Numbered from the stretch's first letter, positions 10,943 to 22,277 are shown. The stretch is DNA of 64,000 bases from Gallionellaceae bacterium (GCA_019753125.1 JAIELH010000029.1:2428-66427), one strand, 5' to 3'. The notes: generated from the sequence alone by a model not told the origin. Numbers and translations: made by a program.

Positions 10943-11220
10943 CATATCCCGCGTCAGAACATTCGATTTTTCGCAACCAGCTCAAATTTGCCGCTCTGGA
11001 GAAACCAGGTAAAAATTCATACGCAACCTATCTTTGCCATTTCGCTGTCATTAGCGTGATTGGCAGAATTTACGGAATTGCCGTGTTAAATAAAGAAGGA
11101 ATTATGGCGTTTGTTTTTGGCGTGGCTTCAGTAGCCCTGATTTCGTATATGTTTGCTGTCATTTCCTACAATCTGCTGGAAAAGAAAATTCATGCTGTTG
11201 CTGAAAAGCTAACGAGATAA
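10935..11220 (+). pseudogene. Acyltransferase-3 (OafA-like O-acyltransferase) with large internal deletion
   Basis: ATG 10935 gives MASISRVRTFDF; another frame gives GKNSYATYLCHF..AVISYNLLEK..* at 11220, matching the family's two ends. Confidence 0.65.
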
Positions 11221-11234
11221 ATTGGACAAACTTG

Positions 11235-12005
11235 ATGCATAGCACAGCAACGCAGCTAAAACTATCAATAAGACACTGGGTGAGGGCTTTCCTTTACCCA
11301 AGGCCATTGCTTGGCCTGTTTTTCTTGCCGCGCTTCCTCGGTCACTGGGCACAATATACGCGAGCGGCCGGGGCGCAGAAAATCGGCGTGCTGGATTTGC
11401 AGCCCTGCCTGGGCGACTGGAGCACGCATACGCCATTCGATGCGCATTATTTTTATCAGGGCGCCTGGCTGGCAAGGCGGCTATCGGGGGCAAAGCCAGA
11501 GCGGCATGTCGACATCGGTTCCAGCGTATTGACGATGAGTGTGCTGAGTGCGTGGGTCGATACTGTTTTTGTGGACTACCGCCCGTTGAAAGCGTCTTTG
11601 CCCGGATTAGGCTCGGTAGCAGGTGATATTCTCAGTTTGCCGTTTGCAGATAATTCTCTTGCTTCACTGTCGTGTTTGCATGTGATTGAGCATATTGGCC
11701 TGGGCCGTTACGGCGACCCGATCGACCCGCAAGGCAGCGTCAAAGCGGCTCTCGAATTGCAGCGTATCGTACGCCCGGGGGGTAAGCTTTTTATTTCGCT
11801 CCCGGTTGGGCGTGAACGGATATGTTTCAACGCACACAGGGTGCATGCGCCTGATTCCGTCATGAATATGTTTCCGCAATTGAGGCTGGCCGAGTTCTCC
11901 TATGTGGATGATGCGGGGCAATTAAGGGAACGCCAGCAGCCTTGCTCGGCAAGCGATCTGCGCTACGGCTGCGGTTTTTTTCAGTTTGAAAAACCGATCC
12001 CCTGA
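11235..12005 (+). CDS. DUF268-like / class I SAM-dependent methyltransferase
   Basis: HYFYQGAW, HVDIGS, SLSCLHVIEHIGLGRYGDPIDP, FNAHRV. Confidence 0.8.
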   Translation: MHSTATQLKLSIRHWVRAFLYPRPLLGLFFLPRFLGHWAQYTRAAGAQKIGVLDLQPCLGDWSTHTPFDAHYFYQGAWLARRLSGAKPERHVDIGSSVLTMSVLSAWVDTVFVDYRPLKASLPGLGSVAGDILSLPFADNSLASLSCLHVIEHIGLGRYGDPIDPQGSVKAALELQRIVRPGGKLFISLPVGRERICFNAHRVHAPDSVMNMFPQLRLAEFSYVDDAGQLRERQQPCSASDLRYGCGFFQFEKPIP

Positions 12006-12007
12006 CC

Positions 12008-13228
12008 GTGAAAATTCTTTGCATTCTGGGTGAGCACAATTACGGCGATCCTTCTCGTGGCGAATGCTATGAGTATGTGAATTTTTTACCTGCATTGCGT
12101 AATCTTGGCCATCAGGTAATTTTTTTTGAATCTCTCAATCGCAGCAGTTACCAAAGCTTTGCCGATTTGAACCGGCAGTTTTTGGAAAAGGTGCATGCTG
12201 AAAAACCGGACATCATTTTGTGCGTGCTACATGGCTATGAGATATGGCTGGAAACATTTGAGCTGGTCAGAGAGTGCTGTAACGCCGTTATCATCAACTG
12301 GTCTACCGATGATTCCTGGAAGTACGAACAGTTTTCCAGGTTTATTGCGCCGGTATTTGATATTTACACTACCACCTATCTGGATGCGCTTGCCAAGTCC
12401 AAAAAGGATGGCTACACAAATTTTGTGCTGACCCAGTGGGCAGCGAACTCGGCAAGCTTTGCCAAGCCGTTGCCTGCCAGAGAATGCCGCTACCCGGTAT
12501 CTTTTGTCGGGTCTTGTTATGGCAATCGGCGGAAATGGATTGCGGCGCTTGAAGAGCGAGGCATAGATGTAGCATGCTTCGGCCATGGATGGAAAAATGG
12601 CGCAGTACCCTCAGAAAAAATACCGCAAATCATACGAGAGTCCGTGATCAGCCTGAACTTCGGTGATTCAGGAATGGTGATGCACGGCATAATTCCCCGA
12701 CGGAGCCGCCAGATCAAAGCGCGGGTCTTCGAGGTGCCGGGTGCTGGCGGTTTTCTGATGACAGAAAATGCAGCCAACCTGGACAGCTTCTATCGTATTG
12801 GCGAAGAAATTTCCGTATATGAAGGAATCTCGGACCTCGTGAGCCAAATTACTTATTTCCTTGAGTGCCGGGAGGAAAGAGACAAGATCGCGATGGCCGG
12901 CAATGCACGCACACAGAACGAGCATACTTATGAGGTGCGATTCGGTCATTTGCTTGAAATCGCTTCCCGTATCAAGGCTGCGCGGGGTCTCGGGCAATGC
13001 GCAATTGATTTTGGAAGATTCGACTCGATTTTGAAGAAACACGAAACCGGCGTGCTGCTGAAGATACTGAAATATGCGCTGCAAGCGCCCTGCATCCTCA
13101 TATGGGGGCGCAAGAGGGGTCCGAGGGCTGCGCGCAGATTGTTATTCGAGATTAGTTGGCGTGTAGCCGGGAAAAAAACCTACTCCGTCTCCGGCTGGCC
13201 CGGCAGGCTGTTTTACCGGGAAAGCTGA
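12008..13228 (+). CDS. CgeB-like glycosyltransferase (GT-B)
   Basis: WSTDDSW, VSFVG, SVISLNF, QIKARVFEVPGAGGF, EHTY. Confidence 0.82.
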   Translation: MKILCILGEHNYGDPSRGECYEYVNFLPALRNLGHQVIFFESLNRSSYQSFADLNRQFLEKVHAEKPDIILCVLHGYEIWLETFELVRECCNAVIINWSTDDSWKYEQFSRFIAPVFDIYTTTYLDALAKSKKDGYTNFVLTQWAANSASFAKPLPARECRYPVSFVGSCYGNRRKWIAALEERGIDVACFGHGWKNGAVPSEKIPQIIRESVISLNFGDSGMVMHGIIPRRSRQIKARVFEVPGAGGFLMTENAANLDSFYRIGEEISVYEGISDLVSQITYFLECREERDKIAMAGNARTQNEHTYEVRFGHLLEIASRIKAARGLGQCAIDFGRFDSILKKHETGVLLKILKYALQAPCILIWGRKRGPRAARRLLFEISWRVAGKKTYSVSGWPGRLFYRES

Positions 13229-14040
13229 TGCAAGCTCCGGTCAGTGTGGTTGTACCCTGTTATCGTTGCACGGAAACGATCGAGCGTGCGCTCGCTTCTA
13301 TCGTACAGCAGACGCTTCTGCCTGCACAGGTGCTGTTGGTTGAGGATTGCAGCGGCGACGAAGGCAAGACTCTGGAGTTGCTTTATCTTTTGCAACAAAA
13401 ATATCGGGAGGAAATTGATTTGAAGATTATCACACTCGATAAAAATGGCGGCCCTGCCACGGCACGCAATGCTGGATGGGAGGCTGCGACTCAAACATAT
13501 ATTGCTTTTCTGGATGCCGACGATGAATGGCGTCCGGAAAAATTGAGTACCCAGTATGAATATATGCGCGAGAACCCGGATATTGTAGTCTCGGGGCATC
13601 GGCATATTAATTTGCCCGGCAACCCTTCTTCACTGCATGCCGCTCTTATGACATCGCATAAAAAAATCAGCCCGCTAAGCCTTCTTTTCAGGAACTGCTT
13701 CCCAGCTTCATCGGTAATGCTAAAAAATGAAATTCCATTCCGATTTGCTGACGGCAAGCGATACGCTGAAGATGCTTATCTATGGCAACAAATTGCATTT
13801 GCCCGGCTTCCGATGGTTCGCATCGAGGCCCCCTTGGTGAATTATTACAAAGCACTTTACGGGGAGAGCGGTTTAAGCGCCCAACTTTGGAAAATGGAAA
13901 AGGGGGAATTGAGTAATTTCGTAGCACTATACCGGGCAGGGAGCATCAACTGGTTGTTGTTTATTGCAGCAACAATTTTTTCTGTCTTGAAGTATGTAAA
14001 ACGGCTGGTTGCAACATGGATGAACCGGGCGGCCTATTAA
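13228..14040 (+). CDS. Glycosyltransferase family 2
   Basis: VSVVVPCY, VEDCSGD, GPATARNAG, AFLDADD; TGATG coupling to upstream gene. Confidence 0.9.
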   Translation: MQAPVSVVVPCYRCTETIERALASIVQQTLLPAQVLLVEDCSGDEGKTLELLYLLQQKYREEIDLKIITLDKNGGPATARNAGWEAATQTYIAFLDADDEWRPEKLSTQYEYMRENPDIVVSGHRHINLPGNPSSLHAALMTSHKKISPLSLLFRNCFPASSVMLKNEIPFRFADGKRYAEDAYLWQQIAFARLPMVRIEAPLVNYYKALYGESGLSAQLWKMEKGELSNFVALYRAGSINWLLFIAATIFSVLKYVKRLVATWMNRAAY

Positions 14041-14104
14041 CCATACTGAAGAAGGCGCAGTATTCCGCATGCCCCATGCTTGAAGATATGGTAAACACAT
14101 TTTT

Positions 14105-14788
14105 ATGCTTCAGGATAATTCCATGTACACGATTTTTGTTCGCCTGATAAAGTTTTTTTTCTTCAAATCGCCTTTGTGGCGATTCTTTCTTCCTGTCATG
14201 AAATTTGACATGTCAATTTCACAACTCAATTTCATTGTGAACACGCTTGATGCCATTGCTAATGATGGGGCAGTGCTTGAAATTGGGGTTGGCGGGGGTG
14301 CAACTTCAGTTGTGATTAACAATTTCATGAAAAGCAAATCGATCAGAAGGCATTTTTATGCGATCGACACGTTCTCTGGATTTGCCCCTGAAGATATCCT
14401 GTATGAAAAGGACCACAGGGGAAAAACCGACAACTATTTGTATTACCGCTCAAACAGCAAGGAATGGTACTCCAAGACACTAATTGCGCACGGGATAAAG
14501 GACGCAACTGTTTTTCAGGCGGATGCAAAAGAATTTGACTATAGTGTTATAGGGCCTCTTGCATTTTGTCTTTTTGATGTTGACCTGTATAAGCCTACAG
14601 AATCCGTACTTCCACGTCTTTATGAAATCTTGATACCCGGGGGAGTCATCATTGTCGATGATTGCTCATTGGAACCGTCCATATACGATGGCGCAGGAGA
14701 AGCTTATCGGGAATTTTGCGCGAAAATGGGGTTTAAAGAAGAGCGGGTTCATGAAAAACTCGGTGTTATCAGGAAGCCCCTTTCTTGA
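14105..14788 (+). CDS. TylF/MycF-like O-methyltransferase
   Basis: VLEIGVGGG, IDTFSGF, DVDLY, PGGVIIVDD. Confidence 0.8.
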   Translation: MLQDNSMYTIFVRLIKFFFFKSPLWRFFLPVMKFDMSISQLNFIVNTLDAIANDGAVLEIGVGGGATSVVINNFMKSKSIRRHFYAIDTFSGFAPEDILYEKDHRGKTDNYLYYRSNSKEWYSKTLIAHGIKDATVFQADAKEFDYSVIGPLAFCLFDVDLYKPTESVLPRLYEILIPGGVIIVDDCSLEPSIYDGAGEAYREFCAKMGFKEERVHEKLGVIRKPLS

Positions 14789-14971
14789 TAAATCATCAAT
14801 AAATGAATTACCCCGATTGCAGACGCAAACAACATGCTGACTGCTTTCAACCGCTGGTGCTATCATTTCATCGCAACACACCTCTCTCGTTTCAGCGCCT
14901 GATTGCTTCATCTTCAATCAGCCGGCGGTACTGAATGGTTACAAACAAAAGACAAGCCACAGCGATTATTG

Positions 14972-16105
14972 ATGGAAAAACTTTGTTTTGTCGCAACGAT
15001 TCCCGCCGTAGTGCATTCCTTCCTGAAGGGGCATATTCGTGCAGCCGCAGGAAAATGGCCGGTCACAATCATTAGCCACCCTGACGGCGCAGAACTTCTG
15101 GAAGATATGAGCGCTCAATTTATCCCGCTGGAGATCGAGCGCGAGGCATCACCATGGCGCGATTTGCTGGCCTTGGCGCAACTGGTGAGATTGTTCCGCC
15201 GCGAACGTTTTGACTTGGTTCATTCCATCATGCCCAAAGCTGGATTGTTGGCAATGCTGGCAGGACGGCTGGCTGGTGTTCCCAATCGGATACATACCTT
15301 TACCGGGCAAGTTTGGGCGACCAAACGGGGGTGGCGACGCAGCGCGCTCAAACAGTTCGACAAGCTGATCGTGTCGTTTGCTACCAACATTCTGGTGGAT
15401 AGCCCGTCACAGCGTGATTTTCTGGTTTCTGAAGGTGTTTTGCCGCAAGGCAAAGCTGTGGTCATTGGCCATGGTTCAATCTGCGGGGTAGATGCGCATC
15501 GGTTTCATCCGGATGTCCAAGTGAAGGGCGCGGTATGTGCAGAGTTGAACATAAGCATCGAGCAAACCGTAATCCTGTTCTTGGGCAGATTAAATCGCGA
15601 CAAGGGGATTCTCGACCTTGCTGTCGCGTTTGCCGATATTGCATCACAGCGGAGGGATGTCGTGCTCGTGCTGGTGGGCGCTGAGGAGAATGTGCCTTTT
15701 ACGCGCGTGCAAGAAATCTGCGGCGTGCATAGCGAGCAATTGCGCAGGGTGAACTTCACGCCCAATCCGGAGCGTTATATGGCGGCGGCGGATATTTTTT
15801 GTCTGCCCAGTTACCGGGAGGGGTTTGGGCAGGTCATCATTGAAGCGGCTGCGAGCGGTGTGCCGTGCGTCGCTTCGCGAATATATGGTGTTATCGATGC
15901 CGTGGAAGACGGAAAAACAGGCTTGCTGTTTCCGGCAGGCGATACGGCTGCGCTTACACAGCTTTTATTAAAGCTGATAATGAGCCGCGATTTGCGAAAA
16001 CAAATGGGTGAAGCGGCACGAGTGCGCGCACTGGAATTGTTCCCCAGCCAAAACATTACCCGGGAAATGCTTGCGCTTTACGGCAAGTTATTGGGGCAAC
16101 GCTGA
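14972..16105 (+). CDS. Glycosyltransferase family 4
   Basis: HSIMPKAG, HTFTG, GRLNRDKG, PSYREGFG, EAAASG. Confidence 0.9.
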   Translation: MEKLCFVATIPAVVHSFLKGHIRAAAGKWPVTIISHPDGAELLEDMSAQFIPLEIEREASPWRDLLALAQLVRLFRRERFDLVHSIMPKAGLLAMLAGRLAGVPNRIHTFTGQVWATKRGWRRSALKQFDKLIVSFATNILVDSPSQRDFLVSEGVLPQGKAVVIGHGSICGVDAHRFHPDVQVKGAVCAELNISIEQTVILFLGRLNRDKGILDLAVAFADIASQRRDVVLVLVGAEENVPFTRVQEICGVHSEQLRRVNFTPNPERYMAAADIFCLPSYREGFGQVIIEAAASGVPCVASRIYGVIDAVEDGKTGLLFPAGDTAALTQLLLKLIMSRDLRKQMGEAARVRALELFPSQNITREMLALYGKLLGQR

Positions 16106-16121
16106 GCGCATTAAACGAAGG

Positions 16122-17105
16122 ATGAACTTACCCGTGGCAGATTCCAGGAAGCTACTGATCACAGGCACAAATGGTTTTGTCGGGCGAGTGTTGTGTGACG
16201 ATGCCATGAGGCACGGGTTGCGTGTCAAGGGCGCAGTGCGCTCCGCTCGCGAATTGCCTGTTGGCGTGGAGCCTGTGATTACAGGCTCGATTGACGGCAA
16301 GACAAACTGGACTGATGCGTTGCTTGGCGTGGATGCAATCATCCATCTTGCCGCGCGGGCACACATAATGAAAGACACTGCTGACGATCCGCTGGCGGAA
16401 TTTCTCGCGGTCAATTTGTATGGCACGGAGAACCTCGCGCGGCAGGCCGCACATGCCGGGGTGAAACGCCTGGTCTATGTGAGCTCAATCAAGGTGAATG
16501 GCGAGACTACCAGCGCAACCCAGCCGTTCGCGGAGCTGGACAAACCTGACCCGCAAGACCCTTACGCAATATCGAAATGGCAAGCCGAACAAGCTTTGCG
16601 GCGTATTGCGCGGGAAACCGGCCTGGAAGTTGTGATCGTGCGCCCGCCGCTGGTGTATGGCCCCGGCGTGAAGGGGAATTTCATCAGTTTGCTGGCTGCG
16701 ATAGACAAGGGAATTCCTTTGCCATTGGCAGGAATCAACAATGCGCGCAGCCTGGTGTATACCGGCAATCTGGTGGATGCCTTGATCGCTTGCGTGACAC
16801 ATCCCGCTGCTGCCGGGCAGACTTACCTGGTCAGCGACGGCAAAGATGTCTCGACGGCGCTGCTGGTGGAAAAGATCGCGCAGGCATTGGAGTGCGGCCA
16901 CCGCTCGTTCTATTTCCCGCCCAGCCTGTTGCAGGCTGCGGCGGCATTGTTGGGGCGCGCAAAACAAGCGGAGCGTCTGCTCGGTTCGTTGCGCGTGAAC
17001 AGCCAGAAAATCCGCAGCGAATTGAATTGGGTTCCGCCCTATTCGCTGGAACAAGGCCTGCGCGCCACAGCGGATTGGTATCGGGCGCTGCGCAATGGGT
17101 TATAA
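16122..17105 (+). CDS. NAD-dependent epimerase/dehydratase (UDP-sugar reductase type)
   Basis: TGTNGFVG, HLAARAH, SSIKVNGE, YAISK, RPPLVYGPG. Confidence 0.88.
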   Translation: MNLPVADSRKLLITGTNGFVGRVLCDDAMRHGLRVKGAVRSARELPVGVEPVITGSIDGKTNWTDALLGVDAIIHLAARAHIMKDTADDPLAEFLAVNLYGTENLARQAAHAGVKRLVYVSSIKVNGETTSATQPFAELDKPDPQDPYAISKWQAEQALRRIARETGLEVVIVRPPLVYGPGVKGNFISLLAAIDKGIPLPLAGINNARSLVYTGNLVDALIACVTHPAAAGQTYLVSDGKDVSTALLVEKIAQALECGHRSFYFPPSLLQAAAALLGRAKQAERLLGSLRVNSQKIRSELNWVPPYSLEQGLRATADWYRALRNGL

Positions 17106-17154
17106 TCGCACTACTTCATAAAGCCCTGACGCCGCCCCGCAGCGGTTTACGCTC

Positions 17155-18219
17155 ATGATATTAGTGACCGGCAGCGCCGGATTCATCGGCTCTAACTTCG
17201 TACTGGACTGGCTCGCGCAAGACAACGAACCGGTTGTCGGCTTGGATAAGCTGACCTATGCCGGCAATCTGGAAAACCTTGCTTCATTGAAGGATGACCC
17301 GCGCCATATTTTTGTGCATGGCGACATCGGCGATACGGCATTGGTTAACCATCTGCTGGATGAATATCGCCCGCGCGCCGTCGTCAATTTTGCGGCCGAG
17401 AGCCATGTGGATCGATCCATCCACGGGCCGGAGGATTTCATCCAGACCAACATCGTCGGCACCTTCCATCTGCTTGAGGCGGTGCGCGCGTATTGGGCGG
17501 GGCTGGCGGAAACGGAAAAGCGTAATTTCCGCTTTCTGCATGTTTCTACCGATGAAGTATATGGCTCACTTGAAAAGGGCGAACCGGCATTCAGCGAGAC
17601 GCACCGCTATGAGCCGAATAGCCCCTATTCCGCCAGCAAGGCCGCCAGCGACCATCTGGTGCGCGCCTATCACCACACCTATGGCCTGCCGGTGCTCACT
17701 ACCAACTGCTCCAATAATTACGGCCCATATCACTTTCCCGAAAAACTGATCCCGCTGATGATCGTCAATGCGCTCGCGGGCAAACCGCTGCCGGTATATG
17801 GCGACGGACAACAGATCCGCGACTGGCTGTATGTACGCGACCACTGTAGCGCAATACGTTGCGTGCTGGAAAAAGGCCGTGCTGGCGAGGTTTACAACAT
17901 CGGCGGATGGAGCGAAAAAGCCAACCTCGACATCGTCCATACCGTTTGCGATCTTCTCGATGAACTGCATCCGCGCAACGATGGGAAACCATATCACGAA
18001 CAAATTTCTTTCGTTGCCGACCGCCCCGGCCATGACCGGCGCTACGCGATCGACGCGCGCAAGATCGAGCGCGAGCTGGGCTGGAAACCGGCCGAAACAT
18101 TCGAGACCGGCATCCGCAAAACCGTGCAGTGGTATCTGGATAACCAGGGTTGGGTAAGCAACGTGCAGTCCGGTTCTTACCGGCAATGGGTAGAGAAGAA
18201 TTACGCGGGGCGCAGCTGA
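17155..18219 (+). CDS. rfbB: dTDP-glucose 4,6-dehydratase
   Basis: [38 protein letters not shown]. Confidence 0.97.
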   Translation: MILVTGSAGFIGSNFVLDWLAQDNEPVVGLDKLTYAGNLENLASLKDDPRHIFVHGDIGDTALVNHLLDEYRPRAVVNFAAESHVDRSIHGPEDFIQTNIVGTFHLLEAVRAYWAGLAETEKRNFRFLHVSTDEVYGSLEKGEPAFSETHRYEPNSPYSASKAASDHLVRAYHHTYGLPVLTTNCSNNYGPYHFPEKLIPLMIVNALAGKPLPVYGDGQQIRDWLYVRDHCSAIRCVLEKGRAGEVYNIGGWSEKANLDIVHTVCDLLDELHPRNDGKPYHEQISFVADRPGHDRRYAIDARKIERELGWKPAETFETGIRKTVQWYLDNQGWVSNVQSGSYRQWVEKNYAGRS

Positions 18220-18220
18220 T

Positions 18221-18362
18221 GGGAACCTCTAGAAATTCATTTTTCGGGCGAATCGCGTCGTCGCGTGCTCGCTCACTCCTCGCCTATCGAATTGATATGT
18301 CTCGTCGTTCGCTGCGCGGCTCCTTGCGCTTCATCCCGCAAAATGAATTTCTAGAGGTTCCC
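18221..18362. mobile_element. 142-bp MITE with 23-bp perfect terminal IRs and 4-bp target duplication
   Basis: gggaacctctagaaattcatttt ... aaaatgaatttctagaggttccc, flanked by tgat on both sides (18217-18220, 18363-18366). Confidence 0.85.
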
Positions 18363-18364
18363 TG

Positions 18365-19267
18365 ATGAAAATCCTGCTGTTCGGCAAAAATGGCCAGGTC
18401 GGCTGGGAGCTGCAACGCAGCCTGGCTCCGCTGGGAGAACTCATCGCACTGGATGTGGATAGCACTGGTTTGTGCGGGAGCTTCACCAATCCGGACGGTC
18501 TTGCGCAAACGGTACGCGCCGTTGCGCCGGATGTGATCGTCAACGCCGCTGCCCACACCGCAGTGGACAAAGCCGAAAGTGAAGCGGAACTGGCGCGCGC
18601 GATCAACGCGCTGGCGCCCGGCGTGCTGGCGCGGGAAGCGCAGCGCGGCAATGCCTGGCTGGTGCATTACTCCACCGATTACGTATTCGATGGCAGCGCT
18701 GAAAAACCGTGGTTAGAGACGGATGCCACAGCTCCGCTCAGCGTCTATGGCGCGACCAAACTGGAAGGCGAGCAACTGATCCAACAATCCGGTTGTCGCC
18801 ACGTTATTTTCCGCACCAGTTGGGTGTATGGCGCGCGCGGCGGCAACTTTGCCAAGACCATGCTGCGCCTGGCACAGGAGCGCGACGGCCTCAATGTCAT
18901 CGACGACCAGATTGGCGCGCCTACTGGTGCAGACTTGCTGGCCGACATCACCGCCCATGCCATCCGCATGGCACGGCAGCGTGTGGAAGTGAGCGGGCTA
19001 TATCACTTGGCCGCCGCAGGCGAAACTTCATGGCACGGCTATGCCAGCTTCGTTATAGAGTTTGCACGCAAGGCCGGTACCCCACTCAAAATCGCACCCG
19101 ATGCCGTCCGGCCGGTGCCGACCAGCGCCTTCCCTACACCCGCGAAACGCCCGCACAACTCGCGCCTGAATACGGCAAAATTGCACAACACTTTCGATTT
19201 CCATTTACCGCACTGGCAGGCTGGGGTGGAGCGTATGCTTACTGAAATTTTGGAAAGGCAATCATGA
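18365..19267 (+). CDS. rfbD: dTDP-4-dehydrorhamnose reductase
   Basis: [31 protein letters not shown]. Confidence 0.96.
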   Translation: MKILLFGKNGQVGWELQRSLAPLGELIALDVDSTGLCGSFTNPDGLAQTVRAVAPDVIVNAAAHTAVDKAESEAELARAINALAPGVLAREAQRGNAWLVHYSTDYVFDGSAEKPWLETDATAPLSVYGATKLEGEQLIQQSGCRHVIFRTSWVYGARGGNFAKTMLRLAQERDGLNVIDDQIGAPTGADLLADITAHAIRMARQRVEVSGLYHLAAAGETSWHGYASFVIEFARKAGTPLKIAPDAVRPVPTSAFPTPAKRPHNSRLNTAKLHNTFDFHLPHWQAGVERMLTEILERQS

Positions 19268-20154
19268 CTCAACGCAAAGGCATCATTCTCGCCGGCGGCT
19301 CAGGCACACGCCTGCATCCCGTCACACTGGCAGTATCCAAGCAGTTGTTGCCGATTTACGACAAGCCGATGATCTACTATCCGCTGTCCACGCTGATGCT
19401 GGCCGGGATGCGCGACATCCTGATCATCTCGACGCCACAGGACACACCGCGCTTCGAACAACTGCTCGGCGACGGCAGCGCGTGGGGGTTGAATCTGCGC
19501 TATGCCGTGCAACCATCGCCGGACGGGTTGGCGCAGGCGTTCATCATCGGGCGCGAATTCATCGGCAATCACCCTTCGGCGCTGGTGCTGGGCGACAATA
19601 TTTTCTATGGCCACACGCTGCACAACCAATTGCAAAATGCCTCTGACCGCGATCGGGGCGCATCGGTATTTGCCTACCATGTGCGCGATCCGGAACGTTA
19701 TGGTGTGGTTGAATTCAATGCCCAAGGCCGCGCCGTGTCGCTGGAAGAAAAACCGGCGCAACCCAAGTCCAATTACGCCGTCACCGGCCTGTATTTTTAC
19801 GACAATGCTGTCGTGGATATTGCTGCCAATCTTAAACCCTCGGTGCGCGGCGAACTGGAGATCACCGATGTCAACCGCCGCTATCTCGAGCGTGGCGAGC
19901 TGGCCGTGGAAATGATGGGGCGCGGTTATGCCTGGCTGGATACCGGCACGCATGAATCGCTGCTGGAGGCCAGCCAGTTCATCCAGACCATCGAACATCG
20001 CCAGGGGCTGAAGATCGCCTGCCCGGAAGAAATCGCCTATCGCAAGGAGTTCATCGACGCCGCACAACTGGAAGCACTCGCCGCACCGTTGCTCAAGAGC
20101 GGTTACGGCGATTATTTGATGCGCGTGCTCAAGGAAAAGGATATGCCGCAGTGA
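19264..20154 (+). CDS. rfbA: Glucose-1-phosphate thymidylyltransferase
   Basis: [31 protein letters not shown]. Confidence 0.97.
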   Translation: MTQRKGIILAGGSGTRLHPVTLAVSKQLLPIYDKPMIYYPLSTLMLAGMRDILIISTPQDTPRFEQLLGDGSAWGLNLRYAVQPSPDGLAQAFIIGREFIGNHPSALVLGDNIFYGHTLHNQLQNASDRDRGASVFAYHVRDPERYGVVEFNAQGRAVSLEEKPAQPKSNYAVTGLYFYDNAVVDIAANLKPSVRGELEITDVNRRYLERGELAVEMMGRGYAWLDTGTHESLLEASQFIQTIEHRQGLKIACPEEIAYRKEFIDAAQLEALAAPLLKSGYGDYLMRVLKEKDMPQ

Positions 20155-20696
20155 AAGCCATCCAGACTGCCATCCCGGAACTACTGATCATCGAACCAAA
20201 GGTGTTCGGCGACGAACGCGGCTTCTTCTTCGAGAGCTTCAACCGGCGTAAATTTGCCGAACTGGCCGGACGCGAAATAGATTTTGTCCAGGACAACCAT
20301 TCGCGCTCGGTTAGAAATGTGCTGCGCGGCCTGCACTATCAGATACAACATCCGCAGGCAAAGCTGGTGCGCGTGATACAGGGCGCAGTGCTGGATATCG
20401 CCGTGGATATCCGCCGCAGATCACCCACCTTCGGGCAGCATGTCGCGCTGGAATTGTCCGCCGAGAACAAACGCATGCTCTGGATTCCGGAAGGCTTCGC
20501 GCATGGCTTTGTGGTTCTCTCAGATACCGCAGAATTCCTCTACAAGACCACGGATTACTGGTACCCGGAACACGAACGCTGCATACGCTGGGACGACCCG
20601 GCGCTGGCGATCGATTGGCAGCTACAGGCTGAACCTGTTCTTTCGGCCAAGGATGCAAATGGCAAGCCGCTTGGGAAAGCCGAGCTGTTCGAGTGA
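20151..20696 (+). CDS. rfbC: dTDP-4-dehydrorhamnose 3,5-epimerase
   Basis: [29 protein letters not shown]. Confidence 0.97.
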   Translation: MKAIQTAIPELLIIEPKVFGDERGFFFESFNRRKFAELAGREIDFVQDNHSRSVRNVLRGLHYQIQHPQAKLVRVIQGAVLDIAVDIRRRSPTFGQHVALELSAENKRMLWIPEGFAHGFVVLSDTAEFLYKTTDYWYPEHERCIRWDDPALAIDWQLQAEPVLSAKDANGKPLGKAELFE

Positions 20697-20746
20697 GATT
20701 AAAGGTAATTAAAAATTAGCCTTGCAAGGCTGGCGGGTGATTCAGC

Positions 20747-22009
20747 TTAATCCACCTCCGCCAGCAACAATTCTTTGATGATTTGCAACGATTTTTCAGT
20801 CGCGCCGCGATTGAACTCCACAAAGCCGGTGCATTGTTGCCGCATTTTCGATAAGGCTTCTGCATCGCTCAACAGGCGTTGCGCTTCTGCAATCAACTGA
20901 TCGGCGGTCTGCACCTGGGTTGCGGCTCCGGCCAGTACCGCCTGTTGCGTCGCTTCGGCAAAATTATAGGTGTGCGGGCCGATCAGCACCGGCGTGCCGG
21001 CGGCGCAGGCCTCGATCAGGTTCTGCCCGCCATAAGACAGCAGGCTGCCGCCGATGAAGGCGAGGTCGGCTGCGGCGTAATAGGCAAACATCTCGCCCAT
21101 GCTGTCGCCCAGCACTACCCGAATCTCTGGCGGAACCGGACGATTCGCGCTCCTGCGCTGAAAGGTTATATCACGCTGTTTGAACATCACAGCAACCTCG
21201 TTAAAGCGCTGCGGATGGCGCGGCACGATCACCAGCAGCAAATCTGGGATGCATGCTTTTTCCAGCGCATCGAGCAGCAGCGCCTCTTCGCCATCGCGGG
21301 TGCTGGCGGCAAGAAACACCTTGCGCCCAGACCCAAACTGCCCACGCAACTGCTCACCCAATTCAAGCATCGCGGACGGTGGCTCGATGTCGAATTTGAG
21401 ATTACCCATTATCGAGATATTTTTCGCGCCGAGAGCGCCCAGGCGTGCGGCATCGCCGGCAGTTTGCGCGGCGACGGCGGCAAGTTCGTGCAGTGCGCTA
21501 CGGGTTAACCGTGAAAAACGCGCATAGCCTCGCGCAGATTTCTCCGACATGCGCGCATTCAGCAGCAGCAACGGAACGTTGTTTTGATTGCAGGTGTGGA
21601 TCAGGTTGAACCAGATTTCCGTTTCCATCAGTATCCCGAGTCGCGGACGGAAATGGCGCAGGAAATGCCGCACCGCGAACGGGTAGTCGTAAGGCAGATA
21701 CACGCGCAGCACGCTATCGCCATACAGCTGCTCGCTGGCGGCGCGCCCGGTGGGCGTGGTATGGGTGAGCAGGATTTGATGGCCGGGGTAGGCTGTGCGC
21801 AGCCGGGCGACGAGGCTTTGCGTGGCTCGTGTTTCACCCACAGAGACGGCGTGCAGCCAGATCACAGGCTGGTTACTGCGCACGGCATAAAAACCGAAAC
21901 GCTCGCCGATGTGGCGCAGATATTCCGGCTGTTTGCGCGCACGCCACAACAGGCGCAGGAAAATGTATGGCAGCAGCAACCACAGCACAGCCGTGTAAAA
22001 GAGTCTCAT
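20747..22009 (-). CDS. waaA: 3-deoxy-D-manno-octulosonic acid (Kdo) transferase
   Basis: WLHAVSVGE, YLPYD, METEIW, GNLKFD, VPRHPQRF, GGQNLIE. Confidence 0.95.
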   Translation of the reverse strand: MRLFYTAVLWLLLPYIFLRLLWRARKQPEYLRHIGERFGFYAVRSNQPVIWLHAVSVGETRATQSLVARLRTAYPGHQILLTHTTPTGRAASEQLYGDSVLRVYLPYDYPFAVRHFLRHFRPRLGILMETEIWFNLIHTCNQNNVPLLLLNARMSEKSARGYARFSRLTRSALHELAAVAAQTAGDAARLGALGAKNISIMGNLKFDIEPPSAMLELGEQLRGQFGSGRKVFLAASTRDGEEALLLDALEKACIPDLLLVIVPRHPQRFNEVAVMFKQRDITFQRRSANRPVPPEIRVVLGDSMGEMFAYYAAADLAFIGGSLLSYGGQNLIEACAAGTPVLIGPHTYNFAEATQQAVLAGAATQVQTADQLIAEAQRLLSDAEALSKMRQQCTGFVEFNRGATEKSLQIIKELLLAEVD

Positions 22010-22161
22010 TCGATGCAGTTCGCAGGTTTGGGGGGCGCAGCCTCACTATCTCAAGCACAAGCCGGATTGTTCGGCAGCCGATGCGGCGTACATTCTATAT
22101 CTACAGAGCGCTGTCATGTGATATCAGACGGAATTGAACGCCATGCAAACCGGATGGCCCA

Positions 22162-22190
22162 TTGCACAAGGCACTAAAACTCGCTATATT
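22162..22190 (+). promoter_or_regulatory. Sigma70-like promoter for the leu leader/leuA
   Basis: TTGCAC-17 nt-TATATT, 6 nt before the leader ATG. Confidence 0.6.
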
Positions 22191-22196
22191 CCCGCC

Positions 22197-22277
22197 ATGC
22201 ACTTCTCCACGCACATCGCAATACTTCACTCCACGTTCAGCCTGCTGGCTGCGCTGCTGCTGCGCGGCGCGCGCTAA
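22197..22277 (+). CDS. Leucine leader peptide (attenuator)
   Basis: MHFSTHIAILHSTFSLLAALLLRGAR*; five clustered CTG codons, ends 81 nt upstream of leuA. Confidence 0.75.
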   Translation: MHFSTHIAILHSTFSLLAALLLRGAR

